DNA from: Camelus dromedarius
Lineage: Eukaryota
Reading direction: 5' to 3'
Assembly: GCF_036321535.1 (NCBI RefSeq)
Contig: NC_087436.1
Location: 113,710,001-113,774,000, forward strand
Length of the DNA: 64,000 bases
A program made the translations under genes and the position numbers. Shown piece by piece: positions 48,773-62,460 of this stretch (position 1 is its first letter; each line of letters starts with the position of its first letter). Under the pieces are notes generated by a model. It had not been told where the DNA came from. It did not search any database and worked only from the letters and a program-made list of their open reading frames with translations.

Positions 48773-51700
48773 TGTTTCTACATGCCATAATCTAGAATTT
48801 TGACAAAGACTGTGCCCTCAGAGAAGTTACATTTTAATGGAAGAGATTTTTTTAAAAAAACTCAAGTAAATAGAAATTAAATACTTCTGCATGGTATTGA
48901 GTGCTGTAATGGGGAAGGGGGGTACTAGGCGAATATGATGCTACTTAATTTGGGGGAAGGATTAGCTTCTCCAGGGAAAAGCATTTCAGGAGGAGACAAA
49001 AGCATGTGCAAACCACTATGGCAGGAAGGGGCTTAGGATGTCAGAAAAATGGAGGAAAAAAGGAAGATGTTTTGGTAAATATATTCATCCTAGGACTTTA
49101 TGCTCACACACAGACTCTAGACTGGCTCCTCAGTGACACCTGCACATTTTGCCCTGGCTCCCTGCTGGGGTTTGACATTGCTAGCTTTTTACATGCTGCA
49201 GCCCCAACTTCACCCTACGTTACTTCCAGGTATTTTTGCAGTAATTTGCCCCGAACCATGCCCTGTTTATGAGCCACCTGCTACTCTACAATTGCCCCTG
49301 TGTTTATCAAATTCATAACTTTAAGAAGCATCCAACTTAGAAATTAGAGTATAAGCTTTGAATCCAGTTCCCAAAATTCCCACCATCACTTGACCTTGGG
49401 ATAGCGAGTTCACTGCCTGGTGCTTTGTATTATTCATCTGTAAAATTGGATTAAAGTATTTTCTAATTCACAAGGCTGTTGTAAGTGTTCATTGGATCAG
49501 CATAACTAAAAGAGTTCCAAACTTGACAGTCTGTAAATGGTAGCTTTCATTACCACCATTATCATCGTTACATAGGCTCCTGCTGTTACTTTGGGACTCC
49601 CTCTTTGGGGATGCTATTGGTGTTTCACTGTCTTACTGAGCATCTCCTTCCTTTCCACTTAAGGAAAGTCTCCCAGTGACTTTCTCAGCCTGAGTTTTGG
49701 ACGGATGGCTAGCTCTCCCAATCAGGAGAGGAAAATTCAGAGTGACATTGGGAATGCCTCAGTGTTCACATGCACATGTCCAAACACACCTCTACGTTTG
49801 TGACTCCTCGGTGCTGTCTGAAACGGTACATCCCCCTCCACTCTAGGCTCAGTCTCTCACTGGGTTGATATTCTTCCTTATGTTCCATCATAAATGATAG
49901 TGTTGGGGAAAGCAAGTGACATTTTAAATAATCATGATCTTCAGTAAAATGGCACTAATTTTAATGTTTTCAACTGCTGCTCCTTCTCAAGGCACAAAGC
50001 AGCTAGACTGGCCTTTTATTGCAGAGATTGCTAATGTGATGACATCCATCCCTCAGCTGCCTCCCACGTGGATACTGACAGCTGGGGTGCTTTCAGCATT
50101 CTCCATACTTATCATCCCCTCTCCATTCGCCTCTTGCAGATTAGATTGAAATGGCAGCATTTCACTCCAGTCGAGACCAGGGGGTTCTGCAGATTGACAG
50201 GTATAATTACCACGTTTGCTTCCCAGAGTGCAGAATCTAAGTAATAGTCTCCATATTTATCCAACGTTAATCAGGAAAGAGTTCAATCAGTTGGAGAGGG
50301 ATTTTTCAAACGAGGCTCTGCCTAGAGAACTCATTCAATAATGATGGTCGGTCCTCATTTCTGATATGAGCTAAGAGTCTTGCCAGCTCTGTCCAGGAGC
50401 AACAGTTATCACTCAAGGACCCCAAGCCCTCATAGGGGTATTTGGGTTGGTACAGAAGAACTGCAAAGAGGCTCAGCTCCATTCATTCTGAGAAGGTGAA
50501 GCAATGCAGGGACTTCCACCAGGAAGGGAGTAATTAGAGGAAAATGAATGCAAAAAAATAAAATATAGTTCACACTTTGGGAGCTGAGTTAGTAAAAAGC
50601 CAAAAGAAGTCTATACCAACACATTGTTTTGTTCTTGTTGTATTCGTTTGTTTGCCTGCAGCTAAAAATAAGGATCATGGCTGTTTGGAGGCCTAATGAA
50701 ATTTAAAGATGATCTAGCCAGCCTTCCCTTTTCCTTTTAATGATGAGAAAACATCAGGCTTTTTCAGTAGCCTACAGTTATTTGGCTCATTAGGGGGAGT
50801 TCAGAATTTACATAGAGGAAGAAGCCAAGATGTGACCCAGATTTATAAATGATCCATGCATTTGTCACTGTTGTTTCACTTTGTATTATCATTAAATTGA
50901 AGAGATGGAGGAAGCCTTTAAACATATGTGGTCCAACCTCCATTCTCTAACACCCCTGAGAAGAGCTGTCCTGTCTCTCCTTGTATGTCTTCCATGTAGA
51001 TCGACCTTCAAGTGTCAGGAAAAGTTGGAGGCTGGAAAGCTAAGTGACAAGTCTGGGCCAGGACAAGAGCCCACCTGGGTGCAAGTCCTAATAATGGTAA
51101 TGGTAATGGTGATCGTGATGGTAATAATAATGATCCTGGGGGGTGGGAAGCAATCTAATACTAAACCATTGCTCATTCCAGACCAGGCATCATTCAGGGG
51201 CTTTACATGACTCATCTTATTTAACCCTTTCCACAATTCTATGAAGCAGGTGACATTTTCCCCCTCAATTTAAAAATGAAACTTAAAATATTAATCCAGT
51301 CCCTCTGGGTCAGGCAGTGGTCAAGTGGTGACCTATAAGGCTCCGATTACGACCTTCTCTGAGCCACCATGCCGCACTGCCTTGCTTGTACTCCTGCCTT
51401 GTTTGGGTCACAACCTCAAAGGGAATAAGCAGAAGAGAGAGAGTGAGCAAAAAGGGAGTTTGGGCCTGATGTTTCTTTGGGAAAAAATCCATAATAAACG
51501 GAGAAAAAGAACATGTGCTCAGGCAGAGTTGGAAGCTCAACCCAGGCAGAAGTTAAAAGTGAATAAACACAGCCAGTTAATTTTGATTTTCCAACTGCTG
51601 TGTGTCTTCTGGGGAGGCTCATCAAATGGCCCACTGCCTCCCTTGTCTGTTTATTTTATTTTGTTTGTAAGCTCACCGAGCAGAAACTGGTCTCTTCTCT

Positions 51701-53439
51701 GTGGCACTCCCATAAAAGTTAAATAACACTTCTATTAAAAGACACAGGGAAAGCTCATTCCCATTTCTTTGGAGACCTATTCGCTACTGTACTGCTTCTA
51801 GTGTGACCGTCTTAGAAAAGGATAATTTTATTTTCCCGATAGATATGGTGAGTCTGTTTCAATAAGTTGGCATACATATATAAATATATATATATATATT
51901 TTTTTACCTGAATGAGGAAAGTGGAGCAACCTGAATTGCACCAAATCTTTTAGGCATATCTGGGAAGACAAAAGTGAATGTGAATATTTCTTAAAACAAT
52001 AGTTCATTATGCGCCAAGCATGATAGTAAGTACCTTATTTTACCTCATTGGATGCTCACAGCAATCTGCTGAAATAGGAAACTGCAGTACAAGAGGGCAT
52101 GAAATTGACCAAGGTCATGGAGTCAGTCTGCATCAGAGCCAGGATACCCATGAGTCTCACTTCAAGGTTACTTACAGCGACGACAGGGGGAATGACATTT
52201 GAGTACAAGGGTGAAAAGGGAAGCCCTCCCTGAAGATGGATAATCTGAGCTGAGACCTGAAGGACAGGGAGGGGCTGGGAAAAGAGCATTCTGAGCAGAA
52301 AGAACAAGTGCAAAGCCTCCAAATGGTAGGAACTAACACTTTCGAGGAAGTGCCAAGATGTCATGATGGTTTGAGGAGGATGTCTGAATAAGCAGTAGAC
52401 TTGAGATTCCAATCCCTGCCATGTGGTTCCAAGCCCCCACATAAATTTCTCTTTTATACAGACTCTCGATCCTGCTGAGTGCTGCATAGACTCCCAAGTA
52501 AGACATAGAACTGCCCACTGAGTTTGCATTCTGGAGACTTTAATAATACTTGCTTTAACATGGCAAGGTGGTCAGCAGAAATCAGAGAGGAAAGGTGGGA
52601 GGGGTAAATGGGAGACTGGGATGAACCAAAAGCAAGTGTCAACAACTTTTTCAAAAAATATTTTTTTTTTCCTGAGAATGCTAGAGAAGAATGTAGAATC
52701 AAGGGAGCACTGTGAAAGGAGGAAAAAAAAAATGGGTGAATGCTGATAGGATTGATCCAGGCAAGAGAGGAAAAGTCATGATACATGTGAGAGAAATTGA
52801 TTTCATCCAGAAACATTACTGCATGGCTTGATTCTTAGCCTTTGGCTAAAAGAGATTTATGGACATCTAGGAACTGGGGACGTGTATTTCATCCTGTTTA
52901 TCTTGCTTCTGTACTGTGCCCGTCCCTTACTTGTGTGAAACCAAACACGGTCAATATCTAATATACATGTTGCTTTTATTTGCAGTGGTTTTCTCTCTTT
53001 CCCCAAAGCTCAATGATTGATTGTCTCCATTGTGATAATTAAAAGAGATAATTAGTCAATTAACTTATTATCTCATTCTCTCAACAAATATGTTTTATTG
53101 TCTTCAACATGCCAGATACTGTAACAAATTGAGAGATAGTAAGATGGATAATATAAGCATATGATGCCTGCTCCCAAGAAGCTTTCGCTCTTATGGGATG
53201 AGATGCACTATTCCACAGCACATATCACAGTCCTTTGCTCAGTCAAGGTAAGTTTTCTTTTGTATTTGTGGGACTGGAAAGAGACAAATATGTAAATCAA
53301 TGAGTCTAAGGTTTAAACATTTTTCAGAACTTTTTTCCTTTATCTACTTTTTCTTTCTTTATACCTCTTCTTTTCTTGAATGCTCATTTGTATGTATCCA
53401 ATTATATATACGCATATATTATATATTAAAGTGAATATA

Positions 53440-54845
53440 TATGTGATATCTGATGAAGAATTTTATGCAGAATACATAACAAACTTTTACAAATCAGTAA
53501 CGAGATCAATTTCCCAATTAAAAATTGGTCAAGCAACTTGGACAGACCTTTCAGAAAAGAATGTATATAAATGGCCAATGAACACATAAAAGTGTTCTTA
53601 GTATTGTGAGCCATCAGGAAATATTAATTATGCCCACAAAGAGATACCAGTACTCTAGAATAACTCAAATTAAAAAGATGGATAAAAAATGTAGGTAAGG
53701 ATGTATACCAGCTGGACTTCTCATGCGTTACCAGGAGGTGGGAGTGTGTGTAAAATTCTGCAACCAATTTGGAACCCTATTTGGCAGTTGAATATGTATC
53801 TACCTAAGGACCCAGAAATGTCCACACCTAGTTATTTACACAAAAGAAATGAAAAGTTATCACCACACATAAGCATGTTTTAAGAATGTTTATAGCAGCT
53901 TTATTCATAATAGCCACAATTAAAATGTCTATCAACTCTTCAATTAATAAACAAACTGTCGTATAGTCACACAAAGGAATATTATTACTTAATAAAATGA
54001 AACAAGCGATGCATATATCTTGGATGAATCTCAAAAATATTATGTTGAGAGAAAGAATCCAACACAAAAGAACACATACTCTATGATTCCATTTGTATGA
54101 AGGCAAGACTAATCTACGGTGATAGTTAGAACTATGTTTGCCCCCCAAAACTTGGAGATTGAGTGGAATGGGCACAAGGGAAGTTTCTGATAAAAAAAAG
54201 TGACCTGAATCCTGATTGGGATGATGTAACATGAATATAAACATGGGCAAAACTCATCAACTGTACACTTAGTGTGGTAGGCAGAATTCCCAGAAGACCC
54301 TAGGAACTTTGCCTTTGGTGGTTCTCCCATGATTTTCTCACAATATAAGCAAAAGAAGAGATTATTTAGGTGGACTTAATATAATCACACGAACCCTTTC
54401 AAAGCAGAGAGTTTTCTCCAGTTGGTTAGAGAATGCAAACCAGAGAGCTCTGAAGCATGAGGAAGAGTCAAGACACTTTGGCTGGCTTGAAGATGAAGAG
54501 GGCCATGCACCATGGAGTACAGGGGGCCTCTTGAATTTGGGAGCTGACTGACAGAAAATGTATCAAGAGCTCAGATCCACAACTGCAGGGACTGCATTCT
54601 GCTAATGGATGTGGCTTCTTCCCCAGAGCCTCCAAATAAGAACCTGGCTGGTTGACATTTTGATTTTTGCCTTGTGAGACCCTAAATAGAGAACCAAGTT
54701 GACCCCAACCAGATGTCTGACCAACTGTAAGATAAAAAGTGGGTCCTGTTTTAAACCATTAACCTTGTGGTAAGTTGTCATGCAGCAGTAGGAAACTAAG
54801 ACCCTTTGGATGATTTAGGAATTTCACTGTATATACATATTACCT
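53440..54845 (+). mobile_element. Old L1M 3' end with a MaLR LTR inserted near its terminus
   Basis: agaatgtttatagcagctttattcataatagcc...tggatgaatctcaaaaatattatgttgag...aactcatcaactgtacactta, resuming at about 54809. Confidence 0.85.
54273..54803 (+). mobile_element. MaLR solo LTR (MLT1D/E-like)
   Basis: tgtggtaggcagaatt...gctggcttgaagatgaag...gcagcagtaggaaactaagacc, with flanks cttag / ctttg. Confidence 0.85.
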
Positions 54846-55656
54846 CTCTCCCTTCTGTGTGTGTGCGTGTGTGCGTGCGAATGCATACATGCATGTGTCT
54901 ATACCAAGGAGTTTAGCTGGATTTAGAAACACATTGATTTTTAATAGAAAACACAGATGAGAAGCTGAGTTTATCTCCTAGATGCAGAGGAAGCAGCCTC
55001 TGCTTCTACAGCTGGTAAGGTATAAGAAACTGAGATGACAAACACAGGATTCTTAAATAAAGCTCTCTGCATTATTGGAAAAAAATGAGTGTGGTTTAAG
55101 GACCCCATCATTTTTGTTCCTCTAAACACGCTCTTCTCCAAGTTTCCCATAACGGACATTTATTGAGCTGTTACCGTGTACCAGCCATTCCTTTACGATC
55201 TCTCCATGTATTAACTCACATGATTCTCACAATAGCCCTATGAGGTAGATACGTATTTTCATCATCCAGTTTATAGATAACTCACTCCAGGATAACAGAT
55301 AACTTACACAGTGGGGCAGTCTGCCTGTGGAGCTCTGGCTTTTAACTACAATGCTATATCTTGCCCCATAAAAGTGGAATCATCCTGTGTCTCTCCCTCA
55401 CATCACAAATCCAATCTCTTAGAATGTCCTAATGGCTCTACCTTCTAATCATATTCCACCCTATTCTGAGCCACCATCGTGTCTCATCTGGACCATTGGA
55501 ATAGCCCCCTCACCGCTCTTCCTGCTCCTGACTTTGCCCCCTCTCCCCCATTGTCCTTGGTCCATAAGATTGAAAGATTAGGTCATTTCTCTCCTCTGCT
55601 TAAAACCCTCTGATAGCTTCAACTACACTTAGAATAAAGCTTTTACAATTGCTTTC

Positions 55657-55834
55657 AGGAAACATTTAGCAGTGTCTAGAGATGTTTTTGTTTGCTATGG
55701 CTTAGGGGTGGAAATGCTACTGGCATCTGGCAGGTAGGGTTCAGGGATGCTACAGAACATTCTACAATGCACAGGATATCACCCCAAAACAGTCATTCAG
55801 CTCAATGTCAGTAGGGCTGAGGTGAGAACCCCTG
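55657..55834 (-). mobile_element. MER20, partial
   Basis: tgctactggcatct...gggatgctacagaacattctacaatgcacagg...aatgtcagtag...gagaacccctg, reverse-complement homolog of 30028-30200. Confidence 0.85.
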
Positions 55835-56405
55835 TTCTATGCTGAACATAGCAACACAGTCAAAGCTTAGAGCATCACATACTTTCGAGTCCCAGTGTTT
55901 AAGAGTTCCCAGGCTCCCCTCAAATGGCCATGGGGGACACAGCATCCTGCTAGCCAGGGAATTCATAACTGAAGCCTCACTCTAGCATGGAGCAGGGAGC
56001 TCTCTCTGGGGGTGGAGACCTTTGCTCTGAGCTGAGATTGAAATCCTGAGATTCAGCAAGTGGTGAATTGAATTCTGAAGAGTGATGAGTAAGGAGAGGA
56101 ACATTCTTCAGAAACGTCATAAAAGGGTGACTGCCACTTCTTTGACCTCTAGAAGACCTGCTTTTCTCCTGCTCCCAAGGGTTTCTGATCACTGGTTTAA
56201 TGTCCTCATCCACGCTGGAGTGTTCGTGACTAAGACGGTAAAGCCTTTCTATAATGATCAATTTTTAGTAACATTCTTTACCATAAAATAATGCAAGTTT
56301 AATATAAAAATGTTGGAAGATAATTTTTTAATATAAAAATCTAAAAGAATAGGGAAAAAGAAAGAAAAAAGAAGTTAATTCTATGACTCAGAAACAGCCG
56401 GTGAT

Positions 56406-56413
<8 letters not shown>

Positions 56414-56446
<33 letters not shown>
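56414..56446. repeat. (TG)n microsatellite
   Basis: Pure tg run. Confidence 0.95.
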
Positions 56447-56448
<2 letters not shown>

Positions 56449-56959
56449 CAGGTAATATTTTTTATCGTGAACATTCTCTTGTCACTGAAATTTGAAAATC
56501 ATTGTATAATGTTCTATCCTATAGCAATATTGTTGACTTTAGGATCCTTACTAGCTTTCATCATTGGAATTGATACCATCCATGTTACTAATCAGTTGTG
56601 TGAACGAAAGGAGAGATCATTTATTCAGCAAATATTTATGAGATATTTTCTATGCGCTGGACATTGTACTAAGTGCTGTGTGTAGGGGATGAATAAAATA
56701 GGATTTCTGTGTTCAAGATGAATCAAACAGCAGTGGTGAGAGTGGTGTGGGCAGAGAGCAGTTACGAAGTCGGTGCTAGCTTCGGAGGAGGCTCCTGGAA
56801 TTCACCTGCTTTGGTGGTAAACACAGAAAATGAGACCATTTGTGGTGTCCTCCCTCTAAACTCGACACGTCTCACTTTCACTAAGCCCCACTCTGCCACT
56901 CATCCAAAGGGCGTGTGGGCCTCTAAATCCGTCTACTGAAAACCATTCTGCCTGGGTTC

Positions 56960-57255
56960 TGTATAGTCTTCTAGGGCTGCCATAACAAATTACCATAGAC
57001 TACGTGGATTAAGCAATTATTTCTCACATTTCAAGCTAGAAAGTTCAAGATCAATGTCCCAGTCAGTCTGGTTCCTGTGAGAGATTTCTTCCTGGCTTGT
57101 GCGTGGCCACCTTCAGCAACCTCGTAAGGGCTCAAATCTCATGCCCTCATCTGCACTTAGTTACCTCCCAAAGTCCCCACATACAAAAACCATCACATTG
57201 GGGGTTAGAGCTTCAACACATAAATATGGGGAGGGACACAGTTCAGTCCATAGCG
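56960..57255 (-). mobile_element. MaLR solo LTR (MLT1A/B-like), internally deleted
   Basis: ctagggctgccataacaaattaccatagact...gggggttagagcttcaacacataaat...ttcagtccatagc. Confidence 0.85.
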
Positions 57256-57921
57256 TGTTACCTATAGTGTATTTCTCTTGTGCTCAATGAAATTTTAATT
57301 TTATTACATGCAAAAATGTGTTCATGCACAGTGGAGATAATCTGCTATGGATTTAGTGTGTATGTTCCCTTTATCACCTCATACACATGGATCATGTTAT
57401 ACATATTATATATAATATATTAAACTTAAACACTGATTTATGTATGTATGCCACAAACACTTACAAATTCCTATCCTATGCTGGTTGCTGTGGCTAGTGA
57501 TGGACAGTTAGTGGTAAAAGGTACAAATGGTAACAGGGATCTGGAGTCTGACCTCACAGAGCTCAGAGTCTAGTATACGTTAGAGTTATTTTCCAAGTTT
57601 CACTCTCACGAAAATGCTTCATTGAGGATTATTTACATCTAACTGTGCACCTAACTAGCATCTTTGTTTTGAGAAGAATTAGGTGTGTGTTTGTATCTGC
57701 AAGCTAGCATGCACTTTCCAGTTTCTTTCATACATTGATAGTCTGTTGGCACCTTTAAGATAGTCACTTTCTTGGAAATTGGATTCATGTCATGAGTCTT
57801 TGTGCATCCTGCACTTTTTACACAGGGTCCCATGCATAACAGACATCCCATGATGTTGACTAAATGAACGATGCACACTTTGATTGTCATAATAAGCACC
57901 TGAGGAAGGTGCTGACATTCC

Positions 57922-58317
57922 TATCTTAGGTTGCTCTAACAAAGGATGTAGACTGAGTGGCTTAAACAACAGAGATTCATTTTCTCGCAGTGGTGGAGGC
58001 TGGGAGGTCTCAACTGGGGTGGCAGCATGGTCATGTTATTCTGATAAAGGTCCTCTTCTTGGTTTGCAGTTGGCCATCTTCTTACTGTGTCCTCACATCA
58101 CAGGGAGAGGGAGAAAGGGAAAGAGAGAGAGAGAGGGAGAGAGCTCTCTGGTTCTCTTCTGATAAGGGCACTAGTCCTATAGGATCAGGACTGATCCTTA
58201 GGACCTTATTTAACCTTAGTTAATTCAGAAAAGGTCCAGTTTCCAGATACAATCACACCAAGAGTCAAGCCTTCAACATATGAATTTTGGGGGAATATAA
58301 ACATTCAGTCCATAGCA
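57922..58317 (-). mobile_element. MaLR solo LTR (MLT1A-like) nested in a MIR
   Basis: gactgagtggcttaaacaacaga...cttcaacatatgaattttggggg...acattcagtccatagca, followed by MIR-like cccattttac. Confidence 0.85.
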
Positions 58318-59934
58318 GCTCCCATTTTACTTACAGAAAATAAGGATTGTGACAAGGTGTCACCTGCACTTTGTCCTGAGTGCTGACTCCCTCTGATTGG
58401 TAGTAGCTGCCTGGAGCCTGGTAGGAGAAGGTTCTGCAGCCACAGCTGGGCTCAGGGGAGAGCTGGCCACCATGGATCCATTCAGCCTGTGTGTGTGAGT
58501 ACGGGCAGGAACCAGCAGTTTGTGCACATAATTGTCATCACTGTGCTTGGCACTACGCAGCATTATTTTAATTTTTAATACTCATAACCTGCAAGGCAAG
58601 CATTTTCTTTCCCATTTTACAATGACTGACTTACAGCTAGAGAATTTAAACATTTTATCAGAGGGCAGTTAAAGGTAGAGCTTCTATTTGAACTGGCTTC
58701 ACTGTCTTTTTATGCTATAAGCGACTTAACTCAGATTCCTCTAATACTGAAGATTCTGTCAGTTCCTCATTTCACAATATATTTCAAAAATTTTTATTAG
58801 TCAAATCACAGTTAAGGAAATTAGAATCAAATTGACCCTTAGAGATTACCCAAATTTAGTAATTTTAAAAAATAGCAAATCTTTTTGTCAATGAGACATT
58901 ACTAGAACTCCAAATATATAAAATCAATGAAAAGCAGAGTTGATGAGGGCAAAGATTTCCCTTTGCTGCCCCCAGAGCCCTGGGACTATCTCTAAGAAAC
59001 CCCAGCATGCCATGAAACGTGCTTTATAAAACACTGATCAGCTCACCCTCCTCATTCAATTGAGAGAAACACAAATTACTTGCTGAAGGTCACACAGCTA
59101 ATTAACGGCAGGGCCAGGCATGTGGCTTTGGCCTCCTATTCCTAATCCAGTGCTGTTTCTAATACACAGGTGTTGAAATATTTTTTAAAAAATCCTCTGT
59201 GACTTTGAAGCATCAGGCTCCTCTGGAACCATAACTGAATTATGTAGGGCACGTGAGGTTTCCTGAAAGTCCCAAAGAAAACAAAGAGAAATTGGAAAAG
59301 TGCTGTGGGATTGACTGCAAACAATTGAAATTCTTCTCAGTTAAATGTCGAGATGAAAGGCCAAGACAAGCACTGTTCTGCAAAGAGGAGAAATGAAAAG
59401 TCAAGTCAGAAAGCTTTACAGATGTCGATATTCTGCCGAGAAGACTTAGTTCCAGAAGGAGAGAAAAGCTATGGTTTCTGAGCACATACTGGAGTTTAGT
59501 TCCAATATAAATGCCCAGTCTGACTGTGTCTTAACCTGGTGTGGGTTTAATGAATATTTCAGAGGTTCCTACAGAGTTGAAGGACTTTGGAGGTCAATGA
59601 GGCTCATCCACCACTTCATGCCAGAATCCTCTCCACAGCAACTAACATTCGGTTATGCCACCAAATGTCACACCTTTTGGACAGATTTGAAAACTAGCAA
59701 GATCATTTTTACAGAGAGCTTAAAAAAGAAAAGAGAAAGGAGAACACTTTCTTTGAAATTTTATTCACTTCCTTTTTTTTTTTCCAACAAACCTCTGAGA
59801 AAGGTAGGATAGTCATCATTTTACAGATGAGATAAATAAAACTCAAAACAGGTAGACAACTGGCCCCATGACATGCAGCTCATTATTTCACAACTGGTAT
59901 TTGACTCCAGGTCTGTCTAAAATCTTCTCACTGT

Positions 59935-60545
<611 letters not shown>

Positions 60546-60627
60546 AGGAGATGTTTGGGGAAAACCTCTTTTGGCTTCTGCAATCAAATATTAAGAGAAG
60601 GGGCCATAACCATAGCTGCAAGGCTGT

Positions 60628-61155
60628 TCTAGTTGGCACTTGGCCCTGGGGCATTGCATTCCAAGGTGGAACTTTTACAAGATCATTTGATGTATCATCA
60701 GGGGATAAAGTACATATCTGGATTCCCATCACAGTTTTTTTTTTTTTGTAATAGGCAAAGAACTGAGATGAAGGATGTGTACAGCTACCAGACCCCCGCC
60801 CCCTTCCGAGACTGAAACACCATTCTCCCAATGCGAAGTGTTGACAGCTCATAGATTGCCTTTGAGTCTCCCTCAATAGGTGGCTCTTGGATGAAGAAAT
60901 CCACGTCACATAAGATCATAGCCTCTTCCCAGGCACATCAATGAGCACAATGGCTGGTCCAATACCAGGTTATAAAGGCCCTTGCCCCCTTTAGCAAATA
61001 CAGCAAAATTTTGTAGAGTTATTCCAATTTCAAGCCCCTTCCCCCAGGCCTCCCACCTCCCATGGGATTGGCAGAAGCATCTGTTACCGTATCACATCCT
61101 AATCTTTCCTTTCTTCAATCCTGGTACAAACACCAGGAGCATCCAAACCTGATAA
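60628..61155 (+). mobile_element. ERVL LTR (LTR16-like)
   Basis: gtgttgacagctcatag...ataaaggcccttgcccc...aattccaatttcaagcccc, similar in layout to 47510-47997. Confidence 0.55.
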
Positions 61156-61849
61156 TTTAAAAAAAAAAAAAGATCTTAAATGATTACATATTTCTAAAAG
61201 CATGCTTTTAGGATAATTGAGGAATAATTTCCTCTATAAGAAGAGAGGGATGATGGCACACTCAAAGCCATGTGCCTGCAGAAAATTTCAGGACGGCTTT
61301 AATTTCCCTGTCATGTTCAGCTCACCCACGCCCTGCCTCATAATGATGTGTTTAGATTTACTAGGAAACTACTGCTGTCTTTAAGTGTTACCTGTGACCT
61401 CACTGCTCTTCTTCCTTAGCATCAGAATTACCCAATTTCTCTCTGAGACCTTTTCTGCATCTGGTACATAGTTTTGATCATTGTTCATCACAGTCTACAA
61501 ACTTAAATTGTTGTTATATTTACTTGTCCTTCTCCACTAATCTGGGAATTCCTCAAGGACAGATAAGGATAGTGGCTTATTCATTTCTGAACTTCCCAGG
61601 CCCTAACGTTAGGTGCTCCTCAAGAATAATTTCTTCAATGTTGATGGAATGCATTCACACCACACTGCATGACACATAAAGGCCAGTTGTCATGGCTTTA
61701 CTTGCCACTGTTCAGTTGTCTCCTTCTTAAAGATAAACACATAAAATGGAAAACTTTATAAAGCCCAACCCAGTGATGAAGTTGGGCAAGATGGTACGAA
61801 TGTAAAAATACACTGTTCATCTCAACAAATGGAAGGGGCCTTCCAAAAG

Positions 61850-62460
61850 AACAGAAGTTAGCCTAGGGGAGGACTGTAGAGAAGGAATTTTCCTTCTAAT
61901 TTTGTCTTGAGTAGGTCTCTTTCTCTCTATCCTCATCACCTTATTCAAGTAGAAGCTACCATAATCTTTCCTTTGGCCTGGTAACTGGTCCACTCACATC
62001 TGCTTGTGCTTTTCTCCAACCTGCACTTTACTCTGTAGCCAAAACACTATTTTCAAAATACCAAACAGGCCATTTCAGACATACCTTTTCCCATCTTTAG
62101 TATGGCAAATATACTTCCTTGCCTGGCCGTGGCCCAACTCTCAGGATCCATCTTTCACTATATTGCCTCAGCCTCAGGAGCACAGCCACACAAGCTGTTC
62201 TTCCATTCTCTCTGCAGGATTTCTGTTTGGACCCCTCTGCCTGGAGCCCTCTTCCTCTCAACTCTACTGCACTCATTGTACTTATTTTTCAGATCTTACT
62301 CACTATTTCTGGATAGGTTGGAATCCCAGTACAGGGGTATTAACATCTCATACTCTAACTTGATAGAGTCCATGATGGGGACTGTGTGGATTTCTTCTTT
62401 ATGCAAACATAGGGTCTAGAACATAGTAGGCATACAATATAAATATATCTTCAAAGGAAG
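61850..62460 (+). mobile_element. L2 3' region
   Basis: ccctctgcctggagccctctt...gggactgtgtggatttc...tagaacatagtaggcatacaatataaatat. Confidence 0.7.

Noticed and set aside
51090..51135. (ATGGTA)n-like repeat giving an MVMVMVIVMV peptide
   Set aside because: Degenerate simple repeat adjoining a MIR end.
52056..52529. Longest ORF in the track (157 aa)
   Set aside because: Overlaps degenerate L2/MIR sequence with no recognisable domain.
59330..59480. Purine-rich stretch after ttcttctcag that looked exon-like
   Set aside because: Open frames are short and unrecognisable, with no clear donor site. A non-coding exon cannot be excluded without RNA data.
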